Assembly (NCBI GenBank): GCA_964518165.1
Contig: CAZFFN010000093.1
Location: 706-64,705 of the forward strand
Direction: 5' to 3'
Source: an uncultured Thermoplasmatales archaeon
Lineage (GTDB): Archaea; Thermoplasmatota; E2; DHVEG-1
DNA: 64,000 nt
Positions within the stretch are counted from its first letter, which is position 1. Each line of letters starts with the position of its first letter. This document shows, piece after piece, positions 50,888-62,214 of this stretch. Both the position numbers and the translations under genes were made by a program. Under the pieces are notes generated by a model that was not told the origin of the DNA, did not search any database, and worked only from the letters and a program-made list of their open reading frames with translations.

Positions 50888-51604
50888 ATGAGTAAACATA
50901 TGAAAAGATTAAATGCCCCTAGGGCTCTAAGGATACATAGAAAAGAAAAAAAATGGACAGTGAAACCCTCACCCGGCCCACATCCAATTGAAAAATCAAT
51001 TCCTTTATCACTTATCATCAGGGATGTTTTAGATCTTGCAGATACACGCAGAGAAACAAAAATAATTATTTCAAATGGAGAAATACTTGTAGATGGCGCA
51101 GTTAAAAAAGATTACAAGCATCCCGTAGGGCTTATGGATGTAATATCCATTCCAAAACTCAAAAAAGATTATAGAGTTCTATTTGATCGTAAAGGAAAAC
51201 TTACACTTACTGAAATTTCGTCAAAAGATGCTAATTGGAAACTATACAGAATTCAAAATAAAAAAGTTTTAAAGAAAAATAAAAAACAGTTGAATTTACA
51301 TGATGGTGCAAATAAGATAGTGGATAAAGATGAATATAACACAGGTGATGTTCTAAAAATTGATCTTAAAAACAAAAAGATACTTGATAGATACGAATTC
51401 AAAAAAGGATCTGTTTCAATGATTACGGGTGGAAGTCACATTGGTGAAATAGCAACTATTGAAAAAACCGATGTAATTTCTTCATCTAAATCAAATATAT
51501 CTATAATGAAAGGGGAAAACGAGTTTACAACACTTCAAGAATATGTTTTTCCAATAGGTAAAAATAACCCGACAATAAAATTACCTGAGGTGAAAATGCA
51601 ATGA
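50888..51604 (+). CDS. rps4e: Ribosomal protein eS4
   Basis: HMKRLNAP, PSPGPH, PVGLMDVI, GGSH.G. Confidence 0.97.
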   Translation: MSKHMKRLNAPRALRIHRKEKKWTVKPSPGPHPIEKSIPLSLIIRDVLDLADTRRETKIIISNGEILVDGAVKKDYKHPVGLMDVISIPKLKKDYRVLFDRKGKLTLTEISSKDANWKLYRIQNKKVLKKNKKQLNLHDGANKIVDKDEYNTGDVLKIDLKNKKILDRYEFKKGSVSMITGGSHIGEIATIEKTDVISSSKSNISIMKGENEFTTLQEYVFPIGKNNPTIKLPEVKMQ

Positions 51605-52137
51605 GCGCAAAGCAAAAGAAGAAACCAAAAAAACAAATAATGAAACCAAAAATCGAAAAGATAACAGTGAACATTGGTGTCGGTGAAGCAGGTGAACGAT
51701 TAAGAAAAGCTGAAACTGTTATTCAAAATATATGCGAACAAAAACCAGTTCAAACTTTATCTAAAACAACAAATAAGGATTTAGCCCTTAGAAAAAGAAT
51801 GCCTATCGGCTGTAAAGTTACTCTTCGCGGTAAAAAAGCAGATGAATTTTTAAAGGCCGCTCTTACTACTAGAGAAAATAAAATTGCTGATTATTCATTC
51901 GATGATCAAGGAAATGTATCTTTTGGTGTTCCTGATCATACTTTATTTGAATCACAAAAATATAATCCAAACATAGGTATCTTTGGTATGGATGTGTGTA
52001 TTACAATGGAAAAACCAGGGTACAGAGTTAAAAAAAGACGCATTGCAAAAAGACATATACCCCACAAACACAGAGTTGAAAGAGAAGAAACAATGGAATT
52101 CTTCAAGGAAAACTATAATGTGGAGGTCTTAGAATGA
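51601..52137 (+). CDS. rpl5: Ribosomal protein uL5
   Basis: [24 protein letters not shown]. Confidence 0.98.
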   Translation: MSAKQKKKPKKQIMKPKIEKITVNIGVGEAGERLRKAETVIQNICEQKPVQTLSKTTNKDLALRKRMPIGCKVTLRGKKADEFLKAALTTRENKIADYSFDDQGNVSFGVPDHTLFESQKYNPNIGIFGMDVCITMEKPGYRVKKRRIAKRHIPHKHRVEREETMEFFKENYNVEVLE

Positions 52138-52289
52138 AGATAAAAGAGAAAAAGAAAACCTACGGAAGAATCGAAGGCTGTGAAAGATGCGGAAGGAAAA
52201 GAGGACTAATTAAAGCATACGGTCTTCACATATGCAGACAGTGCTTTAGAGAAAAAGCTGAAGAAATGGGTTTTAGGAAATTTTCATAA
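52134..52289 (+). CDS. rps14: Ribosomal protein uS14 (Zn type)
   Basis: [51 protein letters not shown]. Not in ORF track. Confidence 0.96.
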   Translation: MKIKEKKKTYGRIEGCERCGRKRGLIKAYGLHICRQCFREKAEEMGFRKFS

Positions 52290-52304
52290 ATAGGAGGAAA
52301 AAAT

Positions 52305-52694
52305 ATGTTAAATGATCCACTAGCAAACGCATTATCTTCCATGAAAAACGCTGAACATAGAGGAAAAGGCGAATGTGATATTCAGCCCTCTTCAAAATTA
52401 ATAGGCGGCGTATTAAATTTACTTAAAGAAAAAGGCTACATTAAAGAGTTTGAGTTTATAGATGATGGAAAAGCAGGGGTTTTTCAAGTAAATCTAAATG
52501 GAAATATAAACAACTGCGGTGTAATTAAACCAAGGTATCCAATTAAAAACGAGGATCTTGATAAATGGGAATCAAGGTATCTTCCTGCTCAACATTTTGG
52601 ACTTTTAATTCTTACAACAACTAAAGGAATATTATCACAGGATGAAGCAAGAAACAATGGAATTGGAGGAAAGCTTCTAGCGTATGTATACTGA
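52305..52694 (+). CDS. rps8: Ribosomal protein uS8
   Basis: DPLANAL, IN.CG.IKPR, YLPA..FG, GG.LLAYVY. Confidence 0.98.
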   Translation: MLNDPLANALSSMKNAEHRGKGECDIQPSSKLIGGVLNLLKEKGYIKEFEFIDDGKAGVFQVNLNGNINNCGVIKPRYPIKNEDLDKWESRYLPAQHFGLLILTTTKGILSQDEARNNGIGGKLLAYVY

Positions 52695-52705
52695 GGTGAA
52701 CATAA

Positions 52706-53242
52706 ATGAAATTACCTGAAGTAAAAAAAGAAATCGATATACCTGAAAACGTTACAATCACTTTAGAGAATAATAATCTTACTGTTAAAGGAGAAAAAGG
52801 AGAAATATCCCGTGTTTTCTCTCATCAATTAATCGATGTTAAAGTTCAAGATAAAAAAATTACTATTAACAGCAAAAACGTTCGAAAAAAACAAAAAGCG
52901 CTCATTGGGACTTTTGAAGCACATATAAAAAACATGGTCAAAGGTGTAACTAAAGGTTTTGAATATCAGATGAAAACAGTGTTTTCTCACTTTCCAATTA
53001 AAACAGCAGTTGAAGGAGAATTTTTTGTAATTCAGAACTTTTTAGGGGAAAGATCACCTAGAAAAGCAAGGATCCTTGAAGGAGTAAAAGTTGAAAGCAA
53101 AGGTGATGAAGTTAAGATTTCAGGAATAGACAAGGAAAAAGTCGGTCAAACTGTTGCAAATATCGAAAGAGCAACAGCAGTTAAAAGACGAGATGTCCGA
53201 GTATTTCAAGATGGTGTATATAGAATCAGCAGAGGTGAATAA
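52706..53242 (+). CDS. rpl6: Ribosomal protein uL6
   Basis: SHFP, NFLGE, D.RVFQDG.Y. Confidence 0.98.
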   Translation: MKLPEVKKEIDIPENVTITLENNNLTVKGEKGEISRVFSHQLIDVKVQDKKITINSKNVRKKQKALIGTFEAHIKNMVKGVTKGFEYQMKTVFSHFPIKTAVEGEFFVIQNFLGERSPRKARILEGVKVESKGDEVKISGIDKEKVGQTVANIERATAVKRRDVRVFQDGVYRISRGE

Positions 53243-53244
53243 AA

Positions 53245-53982
53245 ATGGCCAAAAAAGACATTATAAAAGAACTTACAAGTATTAAAGGAATCGGTGAAGC
53301 AAAAGCTGAATCTCTATATGATAATGGTTTTGACAGCATTGAAAAAATAAAAAATGCAAAAAAAGAGGATCTTACAAAAATTTCAGGTATTACTGACACT
53401 ATTGCAGATAAAATAATTAACAATTATCAAGTAAAAGAAGAAAGCAAAAAGAAGCAAACTACAAAAAAACCTATAGAAAAGAAGGAAGCTAAAAAAGAAG
53501 AACCTAAAAAAACAGAAAAAAAACCAGAGAAAAAAGAAAAGGAAGAAAAAAAGAAAGAAAAGAAAAAGAAACTTCCTAAAATAAAACCTAAACTATCAAA
53601 AGAACTAAAGGAGATACTTGAGAAAAGAAGTGAGATCAAAGCTAGAAGACCAAAATTCAAACGTGAAGAATGGTATAGATACAAAAGAGTCGGAGATAAC
53701 TGGAGAAGGCCTGATGGAATTCATTCAAAGATGAGGATGAATAGAAAATACCGTCCAGCTAGAGTAAGAATTGGATGGCGCGGGCCAAAAAAAACACGAG
53801 GATTACATTCATCAGGTTTTGAAGAAGTAATGGTTTATAATTCAAAGGATTTAGAAAAAATAGATCCAGATACTCAAGCTGCAAGAATTGGCAGCTCAGT
53901 TGGCACTAGAAAAAGGATAAATATTGAAAAAGAAGCTGAGAAGCTTAAAATTAGAATACTTAACATTCAACATGAGAGGTAA
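53245..53982 (+). CDS. rpl32e: Ribosomal protein eL32 with N-terminal HhH domain
   Basis: [20 protein letters not shown]-terminal IKGIGEAKA...ISGI. Confidence 0.96.
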   Translation: MAKKDIIKELTSIKGIGEAKAESLYDNGFDSIEKIKNAKKEDLTKISGITDTIADKIINNYQVKEESKKKQTTKKPIEKKEAKKEEPKKTEKKPEKKEKEEKKKEKKKKLPKIKPKLSKELKEILEKRSEIKARRPKFKREEWYRYKRVGDNWRRPDGIHSKMRMNRKYRPARVRIGWRGPKKTRGLHSSGFEEVMVYNSKDLEKIDPDTQAARIGSSVGTRKRINIEKEAEKLKIRILNIQHER

Positions 53983-53987
53983 ATAAA

Positions 53988-54449
53988 ATGGCAGATTTAA
54001 GGAATCAACAGAGAATGGCATCAGACCTCCTTAAATGCGGAAAGAACAGAGTATGGATGGATCATGACCGTATTGATGAAATAGCTAAGGCTGTCACAAA
54101 GGATGATATTCGCCTTTTAATTAGAGGTAAGGCTATAAAAGCAAAACAGAAAAAAGGAATATCAACAGGTAGGAAAAAATTTGCTTTTAATCAAAAAGAA
54201 AAAGGCAGAAGAAAAGGTCATGGCAGCAGAAAAGGCGCTAAATATGCAAGGCTATCTAAGAAAGAAAGATGGATGAGAACAATTAGACCTATTAGAAAAC
54301 ACTTAAGAGAACTCAGAGACAATGAAAGAATTACACCGACTGTTTATAGAAGATACTATAGAAAAGCCAAAGGCGGTGAATTTAGAAGTAAACACCATCT
54401 TGAAACACATCTTAAATCAGATGGGTTTTTAAAGGAGGATAAAAAATGA
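53988..54449 (+). CDS. rpl19e: Ribosomal protein eL19
   Basis: L..Q.R.A..LLKCG..RVW, GHGSRKG, Y.KAKGG.F. Confidence 0.97.
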   Translation: MADLRNQQRMASDLLKCGKNRVWMDHDRIDEIAKAVTKDDIRLLIRGKAIKAKQKKGISTGRKKFAFNQKEKGRRKGHGSRKGAKYARLSKKERWMRTIRPIRKHLRELRDNERITPTVYRRYYRKAKGGEFRSKHHLETHLKSDGFLKEDKK

Positions 54450-54952
54450 GCCACGGACCAAGATACAGACTTAAACCTAGACGTAGACGTGAAGGAATGA
54501 CTGATTATCGTAAAAGACTTAGTCTTCTTAGATCAAATAAGACTAGATTGGTTGTTAGAAATACAAACCAGCAAGTAATTGTTCAGTTTGTTGAATACAA
54601 AGAAGATGGAGACATTATTGTATCTCAAGCAATCTCTAAAGAACTTAAAAATAAATTCAACTGGAAACATTCTATTTCAAACACTCCTTCAGCATATCTT
54701 ACAGCTTTTCTTGCAACTAATAGAGCAATTGAAAAGGGAGTTACTGAAGTAGTCCTTGATATTGGAAGGCAAAGGCCTGTTACTGGCTCTAAAGTTTTTG
54801 CTGCATTAAAAGGCGCAATTGACGCAGGAATAGATTGTTATCATACACCTGAAAAGCTTCCTAAGGAAGATAGAATTAAAGGCAAACACATTGATGATAA
54901 AATTAGTTCTGATTTTGAAAGTGTCAAAAAGAAAATATCTGGAGGTAAATAA
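54446..54952 (+). CDS. rpl18: Ribosomal protein uL18
   Basis: [34 protein letters not shown]. Confidence 0.97.
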   Translation: MSHGPRYRLKPRRRREGMTDYRKRLSLLRSNKTRLVVRNTNQQVIVQFVEYKEDGDIIVSQAISKELKNKFNWKHSISNTPSAYLTAFLATNRAIEKGVTEVVLDIGRQRPVTGSKVFAALKGAIDAGIDCYHTPEKLPKEDRIKGKHIDDKISSDFESVKKKISGGK

Positions 54953-55680
54953 TGCCGCCGAGAAGAAGAAACAAAAGAAGGAAAAGACAACCCAGAGAAG
55001 TTAATTGGGAACCAAAAACTAAACTTGGAAAACTGGTTAGATCTGGCGAAATTAAAACCATGCATGATGCAATCAATTCAGGTCTTCCTATTCGTGAACC
55101 AGAAATAGTTGACGTTCTTTTAACTGAGCTTGCTGATGAAGTAATCGATGTAAACATGGTTCAACGTATGACTGACTCAGGTAGACGTGTAAAATTTGTA
55201 ATAACAGTTGCTGTTGGAAACAAAAATGGATATGTTGGTTTTGGTCAAGCTAAAGGTAAAGAAGTTGGATCAAGTATCCGTAAAGCAATTGATAATGCTA
55301 AACTAAATATTATTGAGATTAGACGTGGCTGTGGATCATGGGAATGTGGATGTGGAAAACCGCATACTGTCCCATATCAAATAAACGGAAAAAGCGGCAG
55401 TGTTGAAATAAGGTTTAAACCTGCACCACGTGGAATTGGCTTAGCTACCGGGGAAGTTGCAAAAAAGATACTAACACTTGCTGGTATTGAAGACTGCTGG
55501 GCCTTTACAAAGGGGAAAACACGAACTACTGTTAATTATGCTAAAGCAGTATTCAACGCTTTAGTTGAAAACGCAGAAATGAGAGTTCTTTCTAAATCAG
55601 CTAGTAATGTTGGTATTGTATCAGGTGCTATTAAAAAAAGTGATGAAAAACAAACTAAAGAACAAGTCAAGGAGGCATAG
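54952..55680 (+). CDS. rps5: Ribosomal protein uS5
   Basis: [32 protein letters not shown]. Confidence 0.98.
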   Translation: MPPRRRNKRRKRQPREVNWEPKTKLGKLVRSGEIKTMHDAINSGLPIREPEIVDVLLTELADEVIDVNMVQRMTDSGRRVKFVITVAVGNKNGYVGFGQAKGKEVGSSIRKAIDNAKLNIIEIRRGCGSWECGCGKPHTVPYQINGKSGSVEIRFKPAPRGIGLATGEVAKKILTLAGIEDCWAFTKGKTRTTVNYAKAVFNALVENAEMRVLSKSASNVGIVSGAIKKSDEKQTKEQVKEA

Positions 55681-55684
55681 ATAA

Positions 55685-56149
55685 ATGGCAATCGCAGTAG
55701 TAAGAATAAGAGGTATTGTAAACATTAAACCAGATATCAAAAAAACACTTGAATTACTAAATCTAACACGTGCAAATCATTGTGTAATCCTTGAAGAAAA
55801 CCCATCAACAAAAGGTATGCTTCAAACCGCTAAAGACTATATAACCTGGGGTGAAATTGATTCTAAGGTATTGTCAAAACTAATAAGCACAAGAGGAAAA
55901 CTTACTGGTGATAAGGAACTTACCGATAAACACATCAAAAGTTCTACATCATTTGAAAATATCGATAAACTCTCAGAAGCAATATCAAAAAACAAATTCA
56001 AATATAGAGAGATTCCAGACGTTAAACCAATCTTTAGATTGAATCCACCTAAAAATGGTTTTAAAAGCGTTAAAAGACCTGTTACTAAAAAAGGCGATCT
56101 AGGCTACCGCGGTAAAGACATAAACATGCTTATTGAAAAAATGATATAA
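55685..56149 (+). CDS. rpl30: Ribosomal protein uL30
   Basis: VRIRG, DYITWGE, FRLNPP..GF, LGYRG. Confidence 0.97.
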   Translation: MAIAVVRIRGIVNIKPDIKKTLELLNLTRANHCVILEENPSTKGMLQTAKDYITWGEIDSKVLSKLISTRGKLTGDKELTDKHIKSSTSFENIDKLSEAISKNKFKYREIPDVKPIFRLNPPKNGFKSVKRPVTKKGDLGYRGKDINMLIEKMI

Positions 56150-56236
56150 AGAACCTTTTATAACTAATCCAAAAGTTTTTTATATCCTTCTGTTTTAATA
56201 TAGATACAGTATTTTAGAGAAGAGGGGCAAATTTGA

Positions 56237-56452
56237 ATGGAAGAAGAAATATTATATAATATAGAGATACACAAAGATGATGATGAAAAAAGATTTTTAG
56301 GTAGACTTTTTTCTGATATGGACGGAGTTAAAGAATTCGAAAGTGAATATCTTGATAAACTACTTAGAGACATGACAATCGATATGCAACTTGCCTTAGA
56401 CGAATTTTCAACAAGATCTCAAGATTTCACAGATGGTGCTAAAAAACTCTAA
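56237..56452 (+). CDS. Small acidic hypothetical protein
   Basis: 71 aa, SD GAGGGG, own TATA-like element. Confidence 0.7.
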   Translation: MEEEILYNIEIHKDDDEKRFLGRLFSDMDGVKEFESEYLDKLLRDMTIDMQLALDEFSTRSQDFTDGAKKL

Positions 56453-56544
56453 AATTTCTTTTTTTAATGCTTTTTTAAGGGTAAGCTTTTTAAATGCTTT
56501 TAATATTGTGTGCTCTTACTATCTATAATATATGGTGAATTATC

Positions 56545-56724
56545 TTGAAATATACCAGGTTTGAAAAAGCAAGAATTGTTGGCGCACGTGCTTTACAAAT
56601 ATCAATGGGTGCACCTACCTTAATTAAGGTTCCTAAAGACCTTGTATCTCCAATTGATATAGCAATGCTTGAATTTAAAGAAGACGCAATTCCAATAACT
56701 GTTAAAAGACTTGTTGATAATTAA
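56545..56724 (+). CDS. rpo6: RNA polymerase subunit Rpo6 (K)
   Basis: TTG start after [30 protein letters not shown]...IPITVKR. Not in ORF track. Confidence 0.95.
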   Translation: MKYTRFEKARIVGARALQISMGAPTLIKVPKDLVSPIDIAMLEFKEDAIPITVKRLVDN

Positions 56725-56736
56725 GGGGAAAAATAA

Positions 56737-57408
56737 ATGGCAGAAGAAAACACAAAAAAAGAATCAGCAGAAAAACCAGAGGAAAAAAAAGAAGAAAAAG
56801 TTGAGGAAAAATCTGATGAAATGACTATTTCTGAAGAAACATACATGACCTCTGGTGCTCACATTGGAACTAGACAAAAAAATTCTGATATTAAAGATTT
56901 CATCTATAAAGTAAGAAATGATGGATTATACATAATTGATGTAAAAAAAACAGATAAAAGAATTAAATCAGCAGCAAAGTTTATTTCTAAATATAAACCA
57001 GGAGAAGTTCTTGCTGTTAGTGTCCGTCAATATGGTCAAAAACCTATTCGAAAACTAGCTGAACATACAGGTATACAGGTTCTAGATGGAAGATTTAGAC
57101 CAGGAACTCTCACTAATCCTACATCTAGAGGTTTTCGTGAGCCTGAACTAATCATTCTTACTGATCCACTCGCTGATCAACAAGCTCTAAATGAAGGGAA
57201 AAACATAGGGATACCAATAGTTGGACTGTGTGATACAAACAATGAAACAAGATATTTAGATATAGTGATTCCAACAAACAATAAAGGTAGACGTGCTCTT
57301 GCACTTGTATACTGGCTTCTCACTCGTGAAATATTAAAACAAAGAGGAGACATAAAAAAATACGAAGATTTCAAACCAACTGTTGAAGATTTCGAAGCTG
57401 AAATTTAA
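56737..57408 (+). CDS. rps2: Ribosomal protein uS2
   Basis: G.HIGT, R.DGLY, GRF.PGTLTNP, IPTNNKGR. Confidence 0.98.
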   Translation: MAEENTKKESAEKPEEKKEEKVEEKSDEMTISEETYMTSGAHIGTRQKNSDIKDFIYKVRNDGLYIIDVKKTDKRIKSAAKFISKYKPGEVLAVSVRQYGQKPIRKLAEHTGIQVLDGRFRPGTLTNPTSRGFREPELIILTDPLADQQALNEGKNIGIPIVGLCDTNNETRYLDIVIPTNNKGRRALALVYWLLTREILKQRGDIKKYEDFKPTVEDFEAEI

Positions 57409-57474
57409 AACAATTTTTTTATTCTATTAATTCTTTATCTATTCTAAATACTAGACAAAAAATGAGGAAAGATT

Positions 57475-58638
57475 TTGAAAGTTGTAGTAAACGATAACAT
57501 AATACTAGTAGGAACTGCTCATATATCTGAAGACAGTGTAAAAGAAGTAAGAGAAGTAATAAAAGAGTACAGTCCTAATATTGTAGCAGTTGAATTATGT
57601 AAAAGAAGATATGATTCAATTACAAAGAAAGACTCCTGGGAAGAAAAACCAGTTACAACTCTTTTAAAAGGAAACAATGCTTATTTCATGCTTGCTCAAA
57701 CTTTTCTATCATCCATTCAAAGAAAATTAGGTAAAGAATATGGTGTAGAACCAGGCTCTGAGATGATAGCAGCACTAAAAGAAGCTGAAAAAAACAATCT
57801 AGAAGTAGCACTTGTCGATAGAGATATATCTGTCACACTCAAACGTGCATGGAAAAGGATGGGAATACGTGAAAAATTCAGGCTTGTCTGGGAGTTTTTA
57901 AAGGCAATTGTAGGTTATGACGAAGAAGAACTTGAAGAACTTGACCTTGAAGAAATAATGGATCAAGATGTCATAAGCTCTATGATGGAAGAATTTGGAA
58001 AAATGGCTCCTAGTGTAACAGATGTTTTGATCCATGAGCGAGATGAATATATTGCAAGAAAAATACTTAATGAAAGTAAAAAAGGAAAAGTTGTAGCTGT
58101 AGTAGGAGCTGGACACCTGCAAGGTATTCAGAAACATTTGAATAATCCACGAGAAGATTTAGATCTAAAAGAACTTGAATTTGTTCCAAAGAAAAAAATC
58201 AGTATTTTAAAAATATTTGGTTATGCAATACCTGTTATTTTTGCAGCCCTATTAATTTATATTTTATTTACTGGTGGAGTTGAAAAAACTCTTTTTGCTT
58301 TAAGTATGTGGTTTTTAGTTAATGGAACTTTATCAATGATAGGGACAATGATTGCTCGCGGTCATCCTCTAACATGGATTACAGCTTTTGTTGCTGCGCC
58401 CTTGACATCACTTAACCCTGCAATTGCTGCAGGATGGGTTGCTGGATGGGTTGAAGCAAAACTTAGAATGCCTAAGATAAAAGACTTCAAAGAACTTGGA
58501 AAAATAGAGAGTATGAGTGATTTTTGGAAAAATAGAGTTATTAGACTCTTACTAGTTGTGGCTCTTGCAAATGTTGGAAGTATGATCGGTACATTTGTAG
58601 CACTTCCTTATCTAGCAAAACTTGGACTAGGAATATAA
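57475..58638 (+). CDS. TraB/PrgY family protein
   Basis: VGTAH.S, VAVELC, PGSEM, ERD, VVGAGH, C-terminal TMs. Confidence 0.9.
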   Translation: MKVVVNDNIILVGTAHISEDSVKEVREVIKEYSPNIVAVELCKRRYDSITKKDSWEEKPVTTLLKGNNAYFMLAQTFLSSIQRKLGKEYGVEPGSEMIAALKEAEKNNLEVALVDRDISVTLKRAWKRMGIREKFRLVWEFLKAIVGYDEEELEELDLEEIMDQDVISSMMEEFGKMAPSVTDVLIHERDEYIARKILNESKKGKVVAVVGAGHLQGIQKHLNNPREDLDLKELEFVPKKKISILKIFGYAIPVIFAALLIYILFTGGVEKTLFALSMWFLVNGTLSMIGTMIARGHPLTWITAFVAAPLTSLNPAIAAGWVAGWVEAKLRMPKIKDFKELGKIESMSDFWKNRVIRLLLVVALANVGSMIGTFVALPYLAKLGLGI

Positions 58639-58691
58639 TATAATTTTCAAAAAGATTGATAAATAACCTATCTATTAATTGAAAATAAGCT

Positions 58692-59417
58692 ATGGAAAAA
58701 GATAGGAAGGTCTACACATCATTTCATGATATACCACCTAGAGAATATATGTATTTTCCAAAAGGAACAGTTGAACCAAGTAAGCCTGGTAAATTTAGTG
58801 CAATTGAAATACGACAGATAATTATTTCTATGACCGTTCTAACAATTGCTTTTACTTTTGCATTAACAAGAAATAATCTTATAACAGGTCTTTCACAAGG
58901 TTTTAATCTATCAGTAATTCCAATAGGGCTATTATTTTCATTTTTAGGAATACTTACAGGTTTTGTTTTCCATGAACTATCTCATAAATTTATGGCTCAA
59001 AAGCATGGGCTGTGGGCTGAATATCGAATGTTTCCACAGGGTCTTATGCTTGCACTAATCTTAGGTCTATTTACACCTTTTATATTTGCTGCACCCGGCG
59101 CTGTTATGTTTAGAGGTGGATCTAGAGACTATGAAACCGGTTTAATTGCAATGTCTGGGCCACTTGCTAATATAGTAGTATCTACTGTTAGTTTAGCATT
59201 ATTTTTATTTGTGTTCTTTGAAAACAGTTTCTTAGGTGGTCTATTTGGTTTCATATGCCTAATAAACGCATTTCTAGCAACATTTAACCTACTTCCCTTT
59301 GGTCCACTTGATGGAGTAAAAATAATAAGATGGAGTGCAACTGTATGGATTCTAATGCTAATTGTTGCAATATCAATACTAGTTACAATATGGCCAAAAG
59401 TATCAATTGGAATATAA
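58692..59417 (+). CDS. Site-2 protease family (M50) Zn metalloprotease
   Basis: HELSH, AAPGAV, GPLAN, FNLLPFGPLDG. Confidence 0.9.
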   Translation: MEKDRKVYTSFHDIPPREYMYFPKGTVEPSKPGKFSAIEIRQIIISMTVLTIAFTFALTRNNLITGLSQGFNLSVIPIGLLFSFLGILTGFVFHELSHKFMAQKHGLWAEYRMFPQGLMLALILGLFTPFIFAAPGAVMFRGGSRDYETGLIAMSGPLANIVVSTVSLALFLFVFFENSFLGGLFGFICLINAFLATFNLLPFGPLDGVKIIRWSATVWILMLIVAISILVTIWPKVSIGI

Positions 59418-59433
59418 AAAAAGATTAAGAAAA

Positions 59434-60816
59434 TTATTTATTAAATTTTCTTTTTTGTTTTTCTTGTTTTCTTTTTATTTTTTCAAGTTCTCTTTGTTTT
59501 TTTAATTGTTCTTTGCTTGGTTTCTTTTGTTTTTTTACTGGTTTTTTGATTTCTTCTTTTTTATCTTTAGTTTCGGGTTGTTCTTCTTTTTTGGTTTCCT
59601 TTGGTTTTTCTTTGTTTTTAGTTTTTTCTTTTTTATCTTCTTTCTTTGGTTCTTTTTTTTCAAAAAGACTTGAAAAAAACCCTTTTGATTTTACTTTTTT
59701 ATCTACCGTTTTTTCTTTGGTTTTTTTCTTTTTTTCTGGTTCTTCTTTTTTTGTTTCCTTTGGTTTTTCTTTGTTTTTTTCTGAAAAAAGATTTGAAAGA
59801 AATCCTTCTTTTTTTTCTTTTTTATCTCTTTTAAAAATCTTACCTCTATTCTTATAAATTAATGCCACTATCACAATAATTGCTATTATAACAATCATTA
59901 TTACAAAGAACAAGGGAGAAATGTGAAATCCTTCTGTTATTACTGTCACACTACCAACATACGTTACTGTTTGATTAAGTCTTGATGTTGCATAAATATC
60001 TACTTTGTGAGGAGTACCAGTATCAAACAAGTTTTCCGGAGTCATTACTTTTAACTTAACTTTTTTGGATTCCCCAGGTTTAATGTATACACCCTGGTAA
60101 TCAAAAATACCTACTAAGCCATCTTCTGCCTTTGTTTCAAATCTAAAAATATCTTCATAATATCCATTATTCTCTAATTCAATATCAAAACTTACAATAG
60201 ACTTTGGAGCAGTTCTTATAGTTGATTCAAAAACCCTCATTAGTATATCATTATATGCTGCAGCTTTAACAGGCAAGTATATTTCAGATGTACCTTCCAC
60301 ATCGCCCCATGCATCGATTCTAGTCAAAATAACCTTAACTAAGACAGAATATTCAACTCCAGTTCTAAATGTTTTAGCTAAAATTTTTATGTCATGCTCC
60401 ATACCTTGTGTTGTACCAGATATAACATTTGGTTCAACTTTGGCTTCCCAGCCACTAACTGGATTTAAATTTTGATCAACAACAGAGGCATCGAGATTTA
60501 TTGTATTGTAATCTAAATATCTTCCAATCTCTGGCATTACAAATAAAAAACGCCAACCGACTTTCATCCATAATTCAGAAAACTGTGATTTTAAAAAGGT
60601 CCAGTTAAAATCATAGTCATCTACTAGTCTTAAATTTATCGCTGTTTCATTGTTAACTTGTATAGCAGGAACTTTATCATCGGTAACTATTAAATGTGCC
60701 TTAGCTGAAACTTGTTCTGTTTCTTCTTGAGCACTAACTAATGGAAAAGATAAAGTTGAAAATAGTAATATAAATAGAACTGTGAATACCATTTTTTTCT
60801 TTGATAATAAATTCAT
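59434..60816 (-). CDS. Membrane-anchored Ig-like surface protein with Lys/Glu-rich cytoplasmic tail
   Basis: Signal peptide, L.N.G...D and IKPGESK.V.L.V..P motifs, TM, tail containing NKEKPKETKKEE twice. Confidence 0.7.
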   Translation of the reverse strand: MNLLSKKKMVFTVLFILLFSTLSFPLVSAQEETEQVSAKAHLIVTDDKVPAIQVNNETAINLRLVDDYDFNWTFLKSQFSELWMKVGWRFLFVMPEIGRYLDYNTINLDASVVDQNLNPVSGWEAKVEPNVISGTTQGMEHDIKILAKTFRTGVEYSVLVKVILTRIDAWGDVEGTSEIYLPVKAAAYNDILMRVFESTIRTAPKSIVSFDIELENNGYYEDIFRFETKAEDGLVGIFDYQGVYIKPGESKKVKLKVMTPENLFDTGTPHKVDIYATSRLNQTVTYVGSVTVITEGFHISPLFFVIMIVIIAIIVIVALIYKNRGKIFKRDKKEKKEGFLSNLFSEKNKEKPKETKKEEPEKKKKTKEKTVDKKVKSKGFFSSLFEKKEPKKEDKKEKTKNKEKPKETKKEEQPETKDKKEEIKKPVKKQKKPSKEQLKKQRELEKIKRKQEKQKRKFNK

Positions 60817-60837
60817 AATATCTTCCCTATGTTTTTC

Positions 60838-61857
60838 TTATTTTGCATATTTATAGAAGTAAACTGCAATTAAAACGATAATAATTATCGCAAGTAATAT
60901 TACTATTTCAAATCCAGATATTGCAAACCCGTAATTGTTAACTCTTAGAAATACAGACTGAGTTTGGCCTTTAGCTGAATCATAATCTTCAGGAATTGGT
61001 GAAGGATAAGGAGTAAACTTTAATTCCATTGATTTTGTTTCATCATGCCAACCAAAATCATAAGGTGGCACCACTGAAAAAGTAACTTCTTCTCGACCAT
61101 TAGGAGATAACTCTATCCAAGTTGGATTAATAACAGGCGCCCACTCACTTGGAACATTTACCACATCTGCTTTTACTTTTGTGATCTTGTTAGCTTTATT
61201 TGCAATCTCTACTTTGAATTCTAATGGTTCTCTTGGCCCTGCAATCCTAGTAGGGCTATCTACGAATACATCAATTTGAGGTATATAAGCTGGAGTAAAA
61301 GAAATAGTTGTCCTGATTGATTGTCCTTTTAATCTCCCTAATCCTCCAATTGAAGATGAAATTTCAATTTTTTGTGGTTCAGCAGGTGCTTCTCTTCTTG
61401 GTGAGATCATTAAGTTAGTTTTTACATTTACTGAGTCTCCAGAGTTAGGAATATCTTCAGGAAGAATTGAAGGTGAATCAAAATAAACTAATGCCCAGTC
61501 ACTTATTGTAGAATTAGATTCGAGAATATTAAATTCCATTAAAGGTGGAACCACTACCATGCCACCATATATAATATTATTTCTAATCAATGCAGGCATA
61601 TTTTTCAAAAAATTACTAGGTATATTAGTTGAGTAAGTAACAGTTACAGGAACTGTTATAACACTGTCTATTTCTATCGGCTCATTTAAATTTGTTGCAT
61701 CATGAGTTATTGAAAGTTGTGTGTTAAAACTAATAAAAGGCTCTATCGCCTTAGCAGTACTATCCTCATGATTTATAACAGATAATGACATAAAAGCACT
61801 AATAATAACTAATCCAATTATGGCTGTTGATTTAACTGCTCTAAAGTTATTCATCAT
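60838..61857 (-). CDS. Ig-like surface protein with PGF-CTERM-like C-terminus
   Basis: Signal peptide, L.PN...V.FSV.PP, ends ISGFE + TM + KYAK. Confidence 0.7.
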   Translation of the reverse strand: MMNNFRAVKSTAIIGLVIISAFMSLSVINHEDSTAKAIEPFISFNTQLSITHDATNLNEPIEIDSVITVPVTVTYSTNIPSNFLKNMPALIRNNIIYGGMVVVPPLMEFNILESNSTISDWALVYFDSPSILPEDIPNSGDSVNVKTNLMISPRREAPAEPQKIEISSSIGGLGRLKGQSIRTTISFTPAYIPQIDVFVDSPTRIAGPREPLEFKVEIANKANKITKVKADVVNVPSEWAPVINPTWIELSPNGREEVTFSVVPPYDFGWHDETKSMELKFTPYPSPIPEDYDSAKGQTQSVFLRVNNYGFAISGFEIVILLAIIIIVLIAVYFYKYAK

Positions 61858-62214
61858 TTTTTATCACCAATTATTATATTTCTAATATATATTTAGGTTT
61901 CCCAATATATAAAGATTGTTGTACAACTCTTGTTTTTATACATCCAATCTTCTTACTATAATAATATATATCTTTCATTATATAAAATACTTTCCAATAA
62001 AATATTTTTATAAAAATTTTCTTTTTTTTCATTTCTCTTCAACCAACATATATTTCTCTTTCTTTACTTATTAAGATATTGACAGAATAGAAATTAAAAA
62101 ACTAACAAAGTGAAAGAATTTCTTCCAAACTGTTTTTTTTATTATAAGATTATTACTAATATATACTCTAAACTAAAAAAGCAGAAATTGAAAAGTATGA
62201 GAGAAAAAATTTAT

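Noticed and set aside
61858..62214. 357-nt intergenic gap as a possible ncRNA or small gene
   Set aside because: Extremely AT-rich, with no stable stem or credible ORF seen.
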